Shown piece by piece: positions 9,853 to 20,156 of a DNA stretch of 64,000 bases. The notes beneath the pieces were generated by a model that saw only the letters and a program-made list of their open reading frames with translations, searched no databases and was not told where the DNA came from. Source of the DNA: Pontiella sp. (lineage in GTDB: Bacteria > Verrucomicrobiota > Kiritimatiellia > Kiritimatiellales > Pontiellaceae); assembly GCA_050290185.1 (NCBI GenBank), contig JBNKHE010000006.1, positions 128,001 through 192,000 on the forward strand. The letters run 5' to 3'. How positions within the stretch are numbered: the stretch's first letter is position 1; the number at the start of each line of letters is the position of its first letter. A program made the translations under genes and the position numbers.

Positions 9853-12234
9853 TCATTGCTTTTCGATCGCCTGCGCTCGGGGGCGGTAGAGCAGGCCGTA
9901 GAACATTTCGAGATAGCGCCGGGTTTCTTCGCGGTCAATGTTGGAAATGTGTTTCCAGAAGCCGTAGATGCGCGTGAGTTTCAGCAAGCGCGCGGCATAC
10001 AGTTCCCAGGTATAGGCCGCCTCGACGCGGTCCAGCGAACCTTGCGAGAGCTGGCTCCAATAATTTTCGTCTTTGGTGGCCCGGTCAAAGAAGTCGCACA
10101 TTTTACGGGCGGTTTGCTCGCCGTGGTTCGGATCGATATGGAAGCCGCTGATCCCGTCTTCGATGATTTCGAACGGACCGCCGAAACGGGTGGCAAAAAC
10201 CGGCAGGCCGGAAGCCATGGCCTCGATCACGGTCAGCCCGAACGCCTCAAACAGGGCGGGTTGCACAAAGGCTCCGTGATTATCCGCAATACAGCGATAC
10301 AGCTCGCCGTTGAAGTTGCGGTCCGAGCTGGCCTTGACCCATCGGACACAGGCATCGAGATCGTAGCGATCCATGAGTTCATGCATCAACTCGCACTGCT
10401 GCCGTTCCTCCGAATCTCCCGACTTTTTCGGATCGACCGTACCGGCAACCAGAAACAGATTGGCTTTTTCCCGCAGCTCCGGGCACTCGGCATACCATTG
10501 AACAAATCCGGTGACGTTCTTGATGCGGTCGAGGCGCGACATGGCGAACAGCAATGGTTTTTCACGGTCGGCCAGCTCGCCCCGGGCATCCGGATTTGCC
10601 GACCCGTAAATCATGGAATCGATGTCGTTGTGCAGAGAGCTCAACCGCCGGTCCGTTTTGTTGAAGGAGAAATAGACCTCGGCGTCGGCGCCGGGCGAAA
10701 TAATGTTGAACTTGGGATCGAAGACATTAATGCCCTGAAGCACACGATACAGCCCCGGCATGGTGAAGGCCTGGTAGCTTTCATACTGCCCCATCCCCTC
10801 ATCGGTCCCTGCAATTTCCTGATAGGTGCTGGTGATGATGAAATCCGCCGTGTTCATCGCAATCAGGTCGGCCGTGAACTGGCAGGAAAAGTGGTATTCC
10901 GGATCATGCTTCTGCCAATGAAGGGCGGAGAACAGATACTTGGTCTTTTCCAGTGCATGGGCAATGTTGCATTGCGTCACTCCCAGACGCTGTGTCATCA
11001 ACGAGGCCACCAGATTGCCGTCCGAATAGTTGCCGATGACGAGATCGGGCCGGCCTTCCAGCTTTGCAACCAGGTCGCGTTCGGCTTCGCGGGCAAAGCG
11101 CTCCAGATAGGGCCATATTTCAAAGCGCGAAATCCACTGGGGAACCACTTCGCCGTTTTTATTCCGGAAAGGAACCCGCAGAATCAGGGCATTTTCCGTT
11201 CCGAGAATCGGTTCGACACGTTGATTGCAGGTGGTATCTCCGGCATCGGGTATCAGACGGGTCAGCACTACAATGCGGGGCTCGATATCAAGCCCCTGCT
11301 CATACAGGTCGTGCCGCATCTGTTTTTCGAGCGCACGCACCTGATCCAGGATATAGACCACCTGCCCGCCGGTGTCGGGCATCCCCAAAACCCCGGACTG
11401 GCCGAAATAGCCGTGAGGCGATAGGATCGCCAGCCGCGATACCATCGGAATGCGGCTGAGAAATTCCGTCAGGTTGGAGGCATCGGGCGATTCGAGCACG
11501 TCCAGCAACAGCCCCATGGTTTCGCGGATCTTGTCTGCACGTCTTCCCCATCCCGGCTCAAAACAGGATTCGGGGAGTTCGTTGTGCAGTTTATCCCATT
11601 CCAGCCCGGGATCAACCCCCTGCAGATAGCGCCGTGCTTCACGCAGGTACCGCTGCAGTTCTTCGACGTTTTCAATCTGCTGGTTCAACAGCAGTTGCAC
11701 GTCGCCGTATTTATGCAGTTTCAGGAAATCAAGCAGGGCCTCACCGTGCTGGCGTGAAACCGTATGGGCCAAATGGCGGTTCAGAAAAGCGACGCCCTGT
11801 CCGATTGAACTGGTTTCCTTCATGAGCGGGAATCCGCGCTCGAACGGCTTAAGATCGATTTCAAGCGACCAGTCCTCATCGGGACTGAAGTCATTGGCCA
11901 TCTTCTCCTTGGCCTGCAGGAAGCCGGATGGATTCAGCTGGCTGATGCTGACATTGGTGGTGTCGATGCAGTAATAATGCCACTCGGCCACCTTATAACG
12001 CGCCGCCATATGGAGACATCCCTCCTGAACAATCATTTCCTCGGTCTTGTGAAAGAGGGTTTCCGACTCCGTCCCGCGCAGGGAAAAACCTTCCGGAGAA
12101 TCAAGAAACAGATCGAGTATATCGGCCACATCCGTGCGAAGCAGCAGCGGGCGCTCGGATCCACAGAATCGCCGGAGCAGGGAAAACAGGGCAGGACGAT
12201 TCGTCTCGAAATCGGATTGCAGTCTAAGAATCAT
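9853..12234 (-). CDS. susA: Sucrose synthase (GT4)
   Basis: [82 protein letters not shown] before ATG 12234. Confidence 0.95.
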   Translation of the reverse strand: MILRLQSDFETNRPALFSLLRRFCGSERPLLLRTDVADILDLFLDSPEGFSLRGTESETLFHKTEEMIVQEGCLHMAARYKVAEWHYYCIDTTNVSISQLNPSGFLQAKEKMANDFSPDEDWSLEIDLKPFERGFPLMKETSSIGQGVAFLNRHLAHTVSRQHGEALLDFLKLHKYGDVQLLLNQQIENVEELQRYLREARRYLQGVDPGLEWDKLHNELPESCFEPGWGRRADKIRETMGLLLDVLESPDASNLTEFLSRIPMVSRLAILSPHGYFGQSGVLGMPDTGGQVVYILDQVRALEKQMRHDLYEQGLDIEPRIVVLTRLIPDAGDTTCNQRVEPILGTENALILRVPFRNKNGEVVPQWISRFEIWPYLERFAREAERDLVAKLEGRPDLVIGNYSDGNLVASLMTQRLGVTQCNIAHALEKTKYLFSALHWQKHDPEYHFSCQFTADLIAMNTADFIITSTYQEIAGTDEGMGQYESYQAFTMPGLYRVLQGINVFDPKFNIISPGADAEVYFSFNKTDRRLSSLHNDIDSMIYGSANPDARGELADREKPLLFAMSRLDRIKNVTGFVQWYAECPELREKANLFLVAGTVDPKKSGDSEERQQCELMHELMDRYDLDACVRWVKASSDRNFNGELYRCIADNHGAFVQPALFEAFGLTVIEAMASGLPVFATRFGGPFEIIEDGISGFHIDPNHGEQTARKMCDFFDRATKDENYWSQLSQGSLDRVEAAYTWELYAARLLKLTRIYGFWKHISNIDREETRRYLEMFYGLLYRPRAQAIEKQ

Positions 12235-12235
12235 A

Positions 12236-14386
12236 TTATTTCTCCTCGGGAATGTGGATTTCACCAAAAAAGTCGTAATGGGCAATCCCCTCCAGAATTC
12301 CGTTGGCGTGGCATCCTTCCGCAAAATAGATCCGGGGCCGCCCGCGCAGTTTTTTCAGCTCGGGGCTGTGATTGCCGACAACCACACCCAGCGTTTCCCC
12401 GCGGAGCATGTCTTCGTCGTTTCCGGAATCGCCCGCCACCAGCAGATGCTCAAAAGGTATGCCCCACTTGAATGCCAGATAGCGGATCGCCAACCCGCAC
12501 GATGCACGGATCGGCATCAGATCGAGATACATCCTGAACGAACAGGTCAGATTGACCCGAAGACCGGCCTCGCGGAGAAGACGGCGGATTCTCGCCACGG
12601 TCGGGGCCTTCTTTAAATCGATGGTATAGCTGATCTTGAAGCGATGCTGCTCCGTGACGTCCTGCATATACACGCCCGGAATTTCATCCATCACCGCCCG
12701 TATGGCGTCCGGCTCCCAGCGATAGTCGATGTGCCGCTTCCAAGCCTTGTCCTCCGTCAGGTGGCTGCCATAGCGGATGGAGGCACCGTTCGAGGTAATG
12801 AGAATATCCGGAGGCGGAGTCCCCAGTTCTTCTAGTTTTTCAAGCGCACTAACCTTCGAGCGCCCCGTTGCGATACCAAAGCCGGAGAACGAACCCGCCT
12901 GTTCCAACACCTTAAGCAACCGGGCGACAGCTTCGTCATCGCCAGTCAACGTATTATCGACATCCGTGATCAGGATTCGGTCCACTTCGGGGATGCGGCT
13001 TCGACGGGCTGACAGCTTCTGGGATCTTGAGCTGTCGGTCAATATGCCTTTGACCTCCCTGAGATAGCGATTCACGTGGCTAGGCCATGAAAACGTTTCC
13101 GAGGCCCCATGAATGCCGCTTTCCGACCATTTTTTCCACCTGTTGCCCTGCACCATGCCCAGCAGGGTCTCGCCCATCTTGTCGGCATCGAACGGATCGA
13201 TCAGAATACCGTTGTTGCAAGCGCCGATAATATCGCGTGGCCCGCCGTCGTTGGTCGCGGCAATCGGCAACCCGCTGGCCGCGGCCTCGATCAGAGTAAG
13301 CCCAAACGGCTCCGTCCAGGCGGGATTGACAAACACGCCGCGCGAGGCCGCCGCTAGGCGGTAGATATCCGGCACGTCGTCTGCGTCATGGTGTTTAGGC
13401 AGGGCTACCGATCCATACAGGTCGTATTTATCGATTAAATAAAGCACCTCGATCATCACCTTGCGCGAGCCCCGGTCCATAGCGCGAATATCGTCGCGGT
13501 TTCCCAGCACCAGCACCAGATTGGCCGCTTGGCGCAACCGCGCGTTGTTTGCATAGGCGTGGATCAGCGTGCTGATATTCTTGCGTTCATCCGGCCGCGC
13601 CATGGCCAACACCATGGGCCTGTCGGGGTCGTGCAGGAAGCGGTCGATTTCGCCGCGGATATGGCACTGAAATTTTTTGCGGGCCGGCGGGGAAAAGCGG
13701 TCGAGGTTGACCCCCGGCGGAATGACCCGCATGCAGGTCGGGTCGTAGTGTTCGTACATTTCATACTGTTGCTCGATCTCCTGATGCGTGCTGGTGATCA
13801 CCAGCGGCGCGGAATCCAACGCCAGCTCTTCGGCTTCGATGCGAGCATCCATGTTGTAGCGCTGGTTGATCTGCTCCCGCTGCGCCCCGCTTTCGAGCAT
13901 CCGCTCCATCTTCACCCGTCCGAGCGAGTGACCGGTAAACACAAACGGCACACCCAATAGATGAGCCAGGGTTGCCCCCACCATGCCGGCGTCGGCATAG
14001 TGTCCGTGTACGATATCGGGAATGCGGCGTAGCTTGCGGAAATGCGGCAGGGCGTTGTCGACAAAACTCGGCAGGTGCGGCCAGAGCTTTTCCTTGCGCA
14101 GATAGCGGCGTGGGCCAAAGGGAACCCGGATGATGTATGCGTTCTCAGAGAGTTGTTCTTCCGGCTGCGCGTAGCTGTCATCCACCTTCTTGTCGATCAC
14201 CTGCCGGGTAAAGAGATCCACGCGATCGACCGATGGATGCCTGGCCAGCGCCCGGGCCAGCTCGACGACATAGAGGATCTGCCCTCCGGTATCCGGGTCC
14301 CTTCCTAACTCCATATTCTGGCCACGAATCAGTCCATGCAAACTCAGCAACGCGATATAGCATCCCTTTTCTCCGTGCTTAGCCAT
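12236..14386 (-). CDS. spsA: Sucrose-phosphate synthase, GT4 + HAD bidomain form
   Basis: [61 protein letters not shown]-terminal HAD DVDNTL ... AGDSGND. Confidence 0.93.
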   Translation of the reverse strand: MAKHGEKGCYIALLSLHGLIRGQNMELGRDPDTGGQILYVVELARALARHPSVDRVDLFTRQVIDKKVDDSYAQPEEQLSENAYIIRVPFGPRRYLRKEKLWPHLPSFVDNALPHFRKLRRIPDIVHGHYADAGMVGATLAHLLGVPFVFTGHSLGRVKMERMLESGAQREQINQRYNMDARIEAEELALDSAPLVITSTHQEIEQQYEMYEHYDPTCMRVIPPGVNLDRFSPPARKKFQCHIRGEIDRFLHDPDRPMVLAMARPDERKNISTLIHAYANNARLRQAANLVLVLGNRDDIRAMDRGSRKVMIEVLYLIDKYDLYGSVALPKHHDADDVPDIYRLAAASRGVFVNPAWTEPFGLTLIEAAASGLPIAATNDGGPRDIIGACNNGILIDPFDADKMGETLLGMVQGNRWKKWSESGIHGASETFSWPSHVNRYLREVKGILTDSSRSQKLSARRSRIPEVDRILITDVDNTLTGDDEAVARLLKVLEQAGSFSGFGIATGRSKVSALEKLEELGTPPPDILITSNGASIRYGSHLTEDKAWKRHIDYRWEPDAIRAVMDEIPGVYMQDVTEQHRFKISYTIDLKKAPTVARIRRLLREAGLRVNLTCSFRMYLDLMPIRASCGLAIRYLAFKWGIPFEHLLVAGDSGNDEDMLRGETLGVVVGNHSPELKKLRGRPRIYFAEGCHANGILEGIAHYDFFGEIHIPEEK

Positions 14387-15311
14387 TGGTCACCGCCTCC
14401 AGTCCTTGGTATATGTCGGGGTTCGACGCCGTAGCGCCCTGCTGCCCGCAAACCCGAGTCGCCAGCTTTGTGGCACACGCCGCGGTTTCGGCGGGAGAGG
14501 AGCCCTTGAGAAAACCGCCCAGAATGGCGGCACAAAACGAATCGCCTGCCCCCACGGTATCGACCACCGGAGCCGTATCCTCATCGGGTTTCACACGCAA
14601 CGGTTCCACCGCGCCGGAACTATACAGCGCGCCTTCCTTTCCCAGCGTCAGCCAGATGGCATCCAGATCCCATTCGACACGAATCTTCCCGAGCGCCTCC
14701 TCCACCGCAAGCCCGCGCAGGCGTTCCGGCATCAGCAACTCCAATTCATCGTCGTTCAATTTCAACAGGCGCGCACGCTGTATCATATCCAGGACAGCAT
14801 CCTTCGACCACCAGGGCTCGCGCAGGTTGATATCCAGGAAAACCGGGGCTTCGGCCGCCTCGATCAGCCGCTCGAGAGCAGCACGCGATTTGCCGCGCAG
14901 CGCCAGCGAGCCATGGTAGAGGACGCCGCACTGCCGCAGGTTCACGGAACACCGGGCGGTTTCCGGTTCGATGAAATCATAGGCCTGGTCGGGCAGGATA
15001 TCGAAGGTGTGGCTCTTGCCGTCCATCTTGATTTCCACGCGTCCGGTCGGATGTTGCATGTCGCGCTGGATGCCGGAAGTATCCATCCCCCAATCGCGCA
15101 TCCGCGTAACCAGCTTCTGACCCGGATCATCATTTCCTATGCGGGAAATCAACAGCGGATTCCAGCCCAGGGCATGGAGGTGCCAGGCCACGTTGAGCGG
15201 AGCGCCTCCGGGAACGTTCCGGTCTTCAAAGCAGTCAAACAGTACTTCACCGAATACAACAGGACGGGTCGGCTGCATTTCGAGCGGATCAATTATTACC
15301 TTCCGGCTCAT
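14379..15311 (-). CDS. PfkB-family carbohydrate kinase (probable fructokinase)
   Basis: FGEVLFD, GGAPLNVA, LDINLR, KLNDDEL, DTVGAGDSF; 3' end overlaps the SPS start. Confidence 0.9.
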   Translation of the reverse strand: MSRKVIIDPLEMQPTRPVVFGEVLFDCFEDRNVPGGAPLNVAWHLHALGWNPLLISRIGNDDPGQKLVTRMRDWGMDTSGIQRDMQHPTGRVEIKMDGKSHTFDILPDQAYDFIEPETARCSVNLRQCGVLYHGSLALRGKSRAALERLIEAAEAPVFLDINLREPWWSKDAVLDMIQRARLLKLNDDELELLMPERLRGLAVEEALGKIRVEWDLDAIWLTLGKEGALYSSGAVEPLRVKPDEDTAPVVDTVGAGDSFCAAILGGFLKGSSPAETAACATKLATRVCGQQGATASNPDIYQGLEAVTNG

Positions 15312-15414
15312 GACCTTAACCAAGCATTTCCAACGGACGACCGCAAAGGAATTATCAAACTTCCCCGGAAATCCGTTTGCAACGAGTGGTTAAAGCGCGT
15401 TAGGTAGAATCATC

Positions 15415-16221
15415 ATGAACACGACTCGATATCTGCTCGCCAGCGACATGGACGGCACCGTCATCCCGCTTGATGACCGGCCCGAACGGGAACAGGAGAT
15501 CGAATGGTTCACCGACGATCTGCATGGGCAGTCGGGACTGGTTCTGGCCTACGCCACCGGTCGCGATCTCAACCGTGTACTTATGGGCATCGCCGAATGG
15601 AAACTCCCGGAAGCGGACTGGCTGATCTGCGATGTCGGCACCTCTCTCTACTACTCCGCCGACGACGATGGTGAATGGGTTTTGAGTAACGAATACCGTG
15701 CGGAAATGCAACAGCGGTTCGGAGGGCACACGGCGCACGATGTTGCCGAAGTCCTGCAGGGCTACCCGGAACAGGACGCCTCGCGACAGACAGAGTTTAA
15801 GCACAGCTATGTCTTCAAGGTTGAGAACAAACCTGAACAGCTACTGCCGGAGATAAAACAGAAGCTGCAGGATGCCGGCATCCGCGCCGAGCTGGTTTAC
15901 AGTACCGATGTCTACACCGGCGAAGCCTTTCTCGATGTACTCCCCGCCGGCGTGGCCAAAGACTACGCCGTTTATTTTCTGCGCAAGCATCTGAACCTCG
16001 ATGCAAGCCAGGTGGTTTATGCCGGCGATTCCGGAAACGACGAACTCGCCTTCAAAAGCGGCATCAACGGCATCGTGGTAGCCAACGCCGACCCCAAGCT
16101 TGTAGCCGATCTAAAAAAATGGGCCGCCGAAAACGCCAAGCGTGACCACTTGTTTTTTGCAACCCAACCTTTCATCGCCGGCGTCCATGAAGGATGCCGC
16201 CATTTCGGGCTTCTGCACTAA
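15415..16221 (+). CDS. HAD-IIB hydrolase, probable sucrose-phosphate phosphatase
   Basis: ASDMDGT, YATGR, ICDVGT, LDVLP...AK, AGDSGND, VVANA; sucrose gene context. Confidence 0.8.
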   Translation: MNTTRYLLASDMDGTVIPLDDRPEREQEIEWFTDDLHGQSGLVLAYATGRDLNRVLMGIAEWKLPEADWLICDVGTSLYYSADDDGEWVLSNEYRAEMQQRFGGHTAHDVAEVLQGYPEQDASRQTEFKHSYVFKVENKPEQLLPEIKQKLQDAGIRAELVYSTDVYTGEAFLDVLPAGVAKDYAVYFLRKHLNLDASQVVYAGDSGNDELAFKSGINGIVVANADPKLVADLKKWAAENAKRDHLFFATQPFIAGVHEGCRHFGLLH

Positions 16222-16235
16222 CATCGATCAAGACA

Positions 16236-17822
16236 ATGGATATTGCACAACACCAACCGGCCGTACTGGACTATTGGTTGATTGCCCTGTATGCCGCCGT
16301 GGTTCTGTGGATCGGCATCCGCTTGGCCAAAAAACACACGAACGCCGAGGACTATTTCCTCGCCGGCCGCAACATGATCTGGCCGTTTATCGGCGTCTCG
16401 CTGTTTGCCTCGAACATTTCCTCCACCACGTTGATCGGGCTGGCGGGCGATGCGTACCATACCGGCATCTCGGTCTTCAACTATGAGTGGTCGGCGGTGA
16501 TCGTGCTGGTCTTTTTCGGACTGTTCATGCTGCCCGCGATTCTAAAGTCGCGGGTCTTCACCATACCGGAGTTTCTGGAAAAGCGGTACGACCGGCGCAT
16601 ACGCATCTACTTTTCCGCCCTGACGCTTTTCCTCAACATCGTCGTCGACACCGCCGGCAGTCTTTTTGCCGGTGGCATCGTGCTGAAGATGGTCTTCCCC
16701 GAAACCGATCTGGGCCTGATCATCACCTGCCTCGCGGTCGTGGCAGGCCTGTACACCATTGCCGGCGGTCTGGCGGCGGTGATCTACACCGACTTTATCC
16801 AAACCATCCTGCTGCTCATCGGAGCCATAGTGATCAGCACGGTCGCATTTTCACGCGTCGGCGGCTGGGCCGGCATGACGGAAGGAATCGACCACGCCCA
16901 GCTCAGCCTGATTCGTCCGCTGGATGATCCGGGCGTGCCATGGCTCGGCGCGCTGCTGGGAATCCCGATCCTCGGATTCTATTTCTGGTGCGGCAACCAG
17001 TTCATGACGCAACGCGTCCTCTCCGCCAAATCGGTGGACCACGGCCGCAGAGGCGTATTGCTCGCGGGACTGCTTAAATTACCCGTCTTGTTCATCATGG
17101 TCCTGCCCGGCACGATGGCGATCCACCTTTATCCCGACCTGCCGCGCCCGGATCTGGTCTATCCCACCCTGATGTTCGATCTGTTGCCGACCGGATTGCT
17201 CGGACTGGTACTCGCCGGATTCATCGCGGCGCTGATGTCGCAGATCGACTCCACCTTGAACGCCGCCTCAACGTTGGTGACCATGGATTTCATCCATACC
17301 CGCATGCCCCAGCTTTCCAGCCGTGGCCTGATGGTTACCGGCCGTTGGGTAACCGGCATATTCATGGTGCTGGCCGCGCTCTGGGCCCCGCAGATCGAAC
17401 GGTTTCCCTCTCTCTTCAAATACCTGCAGATGGTCCTCTCCTATACCGTGCCGCCGATCGTGGTCATCTATTTGATCGGCGCGTTCTGGAAAGGCGCCAC
17501 GGCCAAGGGCGCCTGGCACACGGTACTATTCGGCACGCTTGTGGGCGGCGCACTCTTCGTCGTCAATGAAATTCTCGGATGGACCCATTTGCACTTCCTC
17601 TACATTGCACCGATCCTCTTTAGTGTTTCGCTCCTGATCCTGCTTCTGGTCAACCATGGCGGAACGGCCCCCGCTCCCGAACAGCAGGCTTTGGTCTGGA
17701 CGCCAGCCTTCTTCCGCGCCGAATCCATGGAACTGAAAGGCGTGCCCGTTTGGAAAAACTACCGCATCCTCTCCATCATCCTGCTCGCCCTCACCGCCTG
17801 GCTCGTGATTGCTTTTCGGTAG
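16236..17822 (+). CDS. Sodium:solute symporter (SGLT-like sugar transporter)
   Basis: YFLAGRNM.W, SLFASNISS, TIPEFLEKRYD, GGLAAVIYTD, QRVLSAK; many TM helices. Confidence 0.92.
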   Translation: MDIAQHQPAVLDYWLIALYAAVVLWIGIRLAKKHTNAEDYFLAGRNMIWPFIGVSLFASNISSTTLIGLAGDAYHTGISVFNYEWSAVIVLVFFGLFMLPAILKSRVFTIPEFLEKRYDRRIRIYFSALTLFLNIVVDTAGSLFAGGIVLKMVFPETDLGLIITCLAVVAGLYTIAGGLAAVIYTDFIQTILLLIGAIVISTVAFSRVGGWAGMTEGIDHAQLSLIRPLDDPGVPWLGALLGIPILGFYFWCGNQFMTQRVLSAKSVDHGRRGVLLAGLLKLPVLFIMVLPGTMAIHLYPDLPRPDLVYPTLMFDLLPTGLLGLVLAGFIAALMSQIDSTLNAASTLVTMDFIHTRMPQLSSRGLMVTGRWVTGIFMVLAALWAPQIERFPSLFKYLQMVLSYTVPPIVVIYLIGAFWKGATAKGAWHTVLFGTLVGGALFVVNEILGWTHLHFLYIAPILFSVSLLILLLVNHGGTAPAPEQQALVWTPAFFRAESMELKGVPVWKNYRILSIILLALTAWLVIAFR

Positions 17823-17870
17823 GAAGCCAGCTATGCTCCAACGCATTATCCGAACAGAAAGGAAAACAAT

Positions 17871-18338
17871 ATGGAATCACTCGAAGGAAAAAAGGCGCCG
17901 GCGTTTACGCTCGAAGGTAGCGACGGCAAGAAGCACTCGATCAAGGAGTATGCCGGCAAGCGGGTCGTCATCTATTTCTATCCGCGCGACAACACGCCCG
18001 GCTGTACCAAGGAATCCTGCGGCTTCCGCGACCTGAACAAGGAAATCGCCGGCCTGAACACGGTCGTCCTCGGTGTCAGCAAGGACAGCCTCGCCTCGCA
18101 CGACAAGTTTATCGAAAAGTTCAACCTGCCCTTCGTCCTGCTCTCCGATCCGGAAACCAAGATGATGGCCAAGTATGGCGCATGGGGCGAAAAGGTGCTC
18201 TACGGCAAGACCTCCATCGGCTGCATCCGCTCCACCGTGATCATCGATGAAAAGGGCAAAATCATCAAGCACTGGCGCAAGGTCCCCAAGGCCGAGGCTC
18301 ACCCCGCAAAGGTGCTGGAAGTTCTCCAGAGCCTGTAG
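17871..18338 (+). CDS. bcp: Peroxiredoxin Bcp/PrxQ
   Basis: YFYPRDNTPGCTKESC (peroxidatic and resolving Cys), GVSKDS. Confidence 0.92.
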   Translation: MESLEGKKAPAFTLEGSDGKKHSIKEYAGKRVVIYFYPRDNTPGCTKESCGFRDLNKEIAGLNTVVLGVSKDSLASHDKFIEKFNLPFVLLSDPETKMMAKYGAWGEKVLYGKTSIGCIRSTVIIDEKGKIIKHWRKVPKAEAHPAKVLEVLQSL

Positions 18339-18367
18339 GGTTGAAACCTTTCATCCGCTAATAGTAC

Positions 18368-18419
18368 TGGAGGGGCATCGTCCTCGATGACCACGGACGC
18401 CGGGGACGGCATCCCTCCA
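18368..18419. repeat. REP-doublet-like palindrome between convergent genes
   Basis: TGGAGGG...CCCTCCA terminal inverted repeat enclosing two small hairpins (CATCG-TCCT-CGATG; GGACGCC-GGGGAC-GGCATCC). Confidence 0.55.
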
Positions 18420-18421
18420 AT

Positions 18422-18643
18422 TCAAACCCACCAGATGCCGCGCTTGCGCGGATTGCCGAACGAAGCAAAGTCATCGCCCGATTCGCGCAATACGGTATCG
18501 AGTTCCTCTTCCGTGAAGTCGAAGCCCTCCCGGTTGGCTTCCGCCACAAAGGCCGGTTTCGGCTCCAATGTATCGTATTTCAGCCGCAATACCTTGTCCT
18601 CGCCACCCGCAATCAAAAACCGTTCCACTTCTTTCTTCGCCAT
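18422..18643 (-). CDS. Nif11-like domain small protein (73 aa)
   Basis: MAKKEVERFL...FVAEANREGFDFTEEEL pattern; AGGAG RBS. Confidence 0.75.
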   Translation of the reverse strand: MAKKEVERFLIAGGEDKVLRLKYDTLEPKPAFVAEANREGFDFTEEELDTVLRESGDDFASFGNPRKRGIWWV

Positions 18644-18677
18644 TTTCTTCTCCTGGTTAAATAGGTTACCTCTATTT

Positions 18678-18694
18678 AACATGAGGTGTGCCAA
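18678..18694 (-). promoter_or_regulatory. Possible non-canonical sigma54 promoter of the Nif11-like gene
   Basis: TTGGCACACCTCATGTT: perfect -24 element, but GT instead of GC at -12. Confidence 0.3.
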
Positions 18695-19070
18695 CCAGCC
18701 CGAAACCCATAAGCTACTTGCTTTCTATAGGTTGCATAAATCCCAAAAAAGCAGGGTTCCGGAAAGATTTGTCGGACACGTCCGTTTGGACCGATCCGCA
18801 GCTAGACAAAGCAATACCTGAGCGTATGTTGCAAAAAATGGTGACAAAAATTTCCGCCCGTAGCCATTCCGAACAATAAAGCCCTTCTGCTGCACGAAAA
18901 GATGGGTTCAAGTGGGGGAGATTATGCTTTAGCTTCGAATGCAATTCTTTAGATGCCTATCCATTCCGAAAAGAGCTTTTATCATAATCTAAAGTTTTGC
19001 ATCATGTCATTGAAAGTGAATGAATCGATCCATCCGAAGCATGTACAAGAAAGCACCAGAGGGACTCCAT

Positions 19071-20075
19071 ATGAAAAAACCGTACATTCTCATCGCCGTG
19101 CTGCTTTGGTCGGGTACTGCCTTTTCCGAATATCCGGAACTTACCGCTATCAAACAGCATTCCGCAAAAAAACTGCCCAGCTATGCCGATAGGCTGACTG
19201 CTGTAGATTCAAAATTCGAAGGCGTGATCGGCGTCGGGGAATCGCTTCGGAAATTTACGCCCACAAGCAATATCGCCGACTTCACCAGCCGGTCGAAAGA
19301 CTACTGGCGGGCAACCATGGAAATGAGCTCGACCGACCCCTCGATACTCCTGGCCAAAGCCTATATGTACATGATGCAAGGGAAGATCTCATGGGGGGAA
19401 CGCTATTTGTTTCTTGCATCTCTTTCCATGGATGATCGGTTCAAGGATGAGCTCAAGACCTATTCCGCATTGCAGGAAAAGCTTACCAAACGGCTGGTTG
19501 CAGATATGAACAAAGGCATCGCGCTCCACGATCAAGGGGAATACGACAAGGCGCTGGAAGTGTACGATGCCGTTCTCAAGGAATATCCCGAATGCGCATG
19601 GGCCTGGTACGAAAAGGGATTCGTGTACCTCACCATGCGCACACAGGAACCAGAGAAGGACGCCGGGGACGAAGAACCGGGAAAGGACGCCGCCCCGGAA
19701 AAAACCGACGACAAAGCCAAACCGTCCGAAGCTGATAAAGCCGCCGAAATGTATGCCCGCTGTCGCCAGTGCGATCCGTTCTATTGGAAGGCCTACCAAG
19801 GTAATGACCAGACGGTTATTTCCAAACTGCTACCGGTCATGAAAGCCTGCTCGTTTCTCGAAGGCGATGCCTCCGGTATTAAAGGATTTCAGGAATTTGC
19901 CCAAGGTTGCCACGATGCTGGACTCTATGATTTCGCCGCGCAAGCCGAATGGATACTCGCCCTCTACGACGCTGGATCGTCCAAGAATCATCTAAAGGCG
20001 TTTCTCGACGACTTGGATAAACTGGGCTTGAAAGAGGTCGATTTCTTCCGGAAGCAATTCAAGCTCGACGATTAG
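19071..20075 (+). CDS. Secreted tetratricopeptide-repeat protein
   Basis: Signal peptide MKKPYILIAVLLWSGTAFS; TPR-like GIALHDQGEYDKALEVYDAVLKEYPECAWAWYEKG. Confidence 0.75.
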   Translation: MKKPYILIAVLLWSGTAFSEYPELTAIKQHSAKKLPSYADRLTAVDSKFEGVIGVGESLRKFTPTSNIADFTSRSKDYWRATMEMSSTDPSILLAKAYMYMMQGKISWGERYLFLASLSMDDRFKDELKTYSALQEKLTKRLVADMNKGIALHDQGEYDKALEVYDAVLKEYPECAWAWYEKGFVYLTMRTQEPEKDAGDEEPGKDAAPEKTDDKAKPSEADKAAEMYARCRQCDPFYWKAYQGNDQTVISKLLPVMKACSFLEGDASGIKGFQEFAQGCHDAGLYDFAAQAEWILALYDAGSSKNHLKAFLDDLDKLGLKEVDFFRKQFKLDD

Positions 20076-20098
20076 GCCAGACGGTCGAAAACCTGCAC

Positions 20099-20133
20099 AA
20101 AAAACGCCCTCCCGCAGAAGCGGGAAGGCGTTT
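20099..20133 (-). terminator. Rho-independent terminator of ilvC, possibly bidirectional
   Basis: Minus strand AAACGCCTTCCCGC-TTCT-GCGGGAGGGCGTTT followed by a T run. Confidence 0.8.
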
Positions 20134-20156
20134 GCATTGCAAATATATACCGCGGA

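Noticed and set aside
9856..11424. Long antisense ORFs here and at 24515-25660, 36194-37726, 39402-40652, 49418-50635, 53322-54788 and 55945-57024
   Set aside because: Each overlaps a well-supported gene on the other strand, as expected from GC-rich codon bias.
17871..20075. RiPP gene cluster around the Nif11-like gene
   Set aside because: Neighbours are bcp and a TPR protein; no radical SAM, LanM, YcaO or peptidase-transporter gene.
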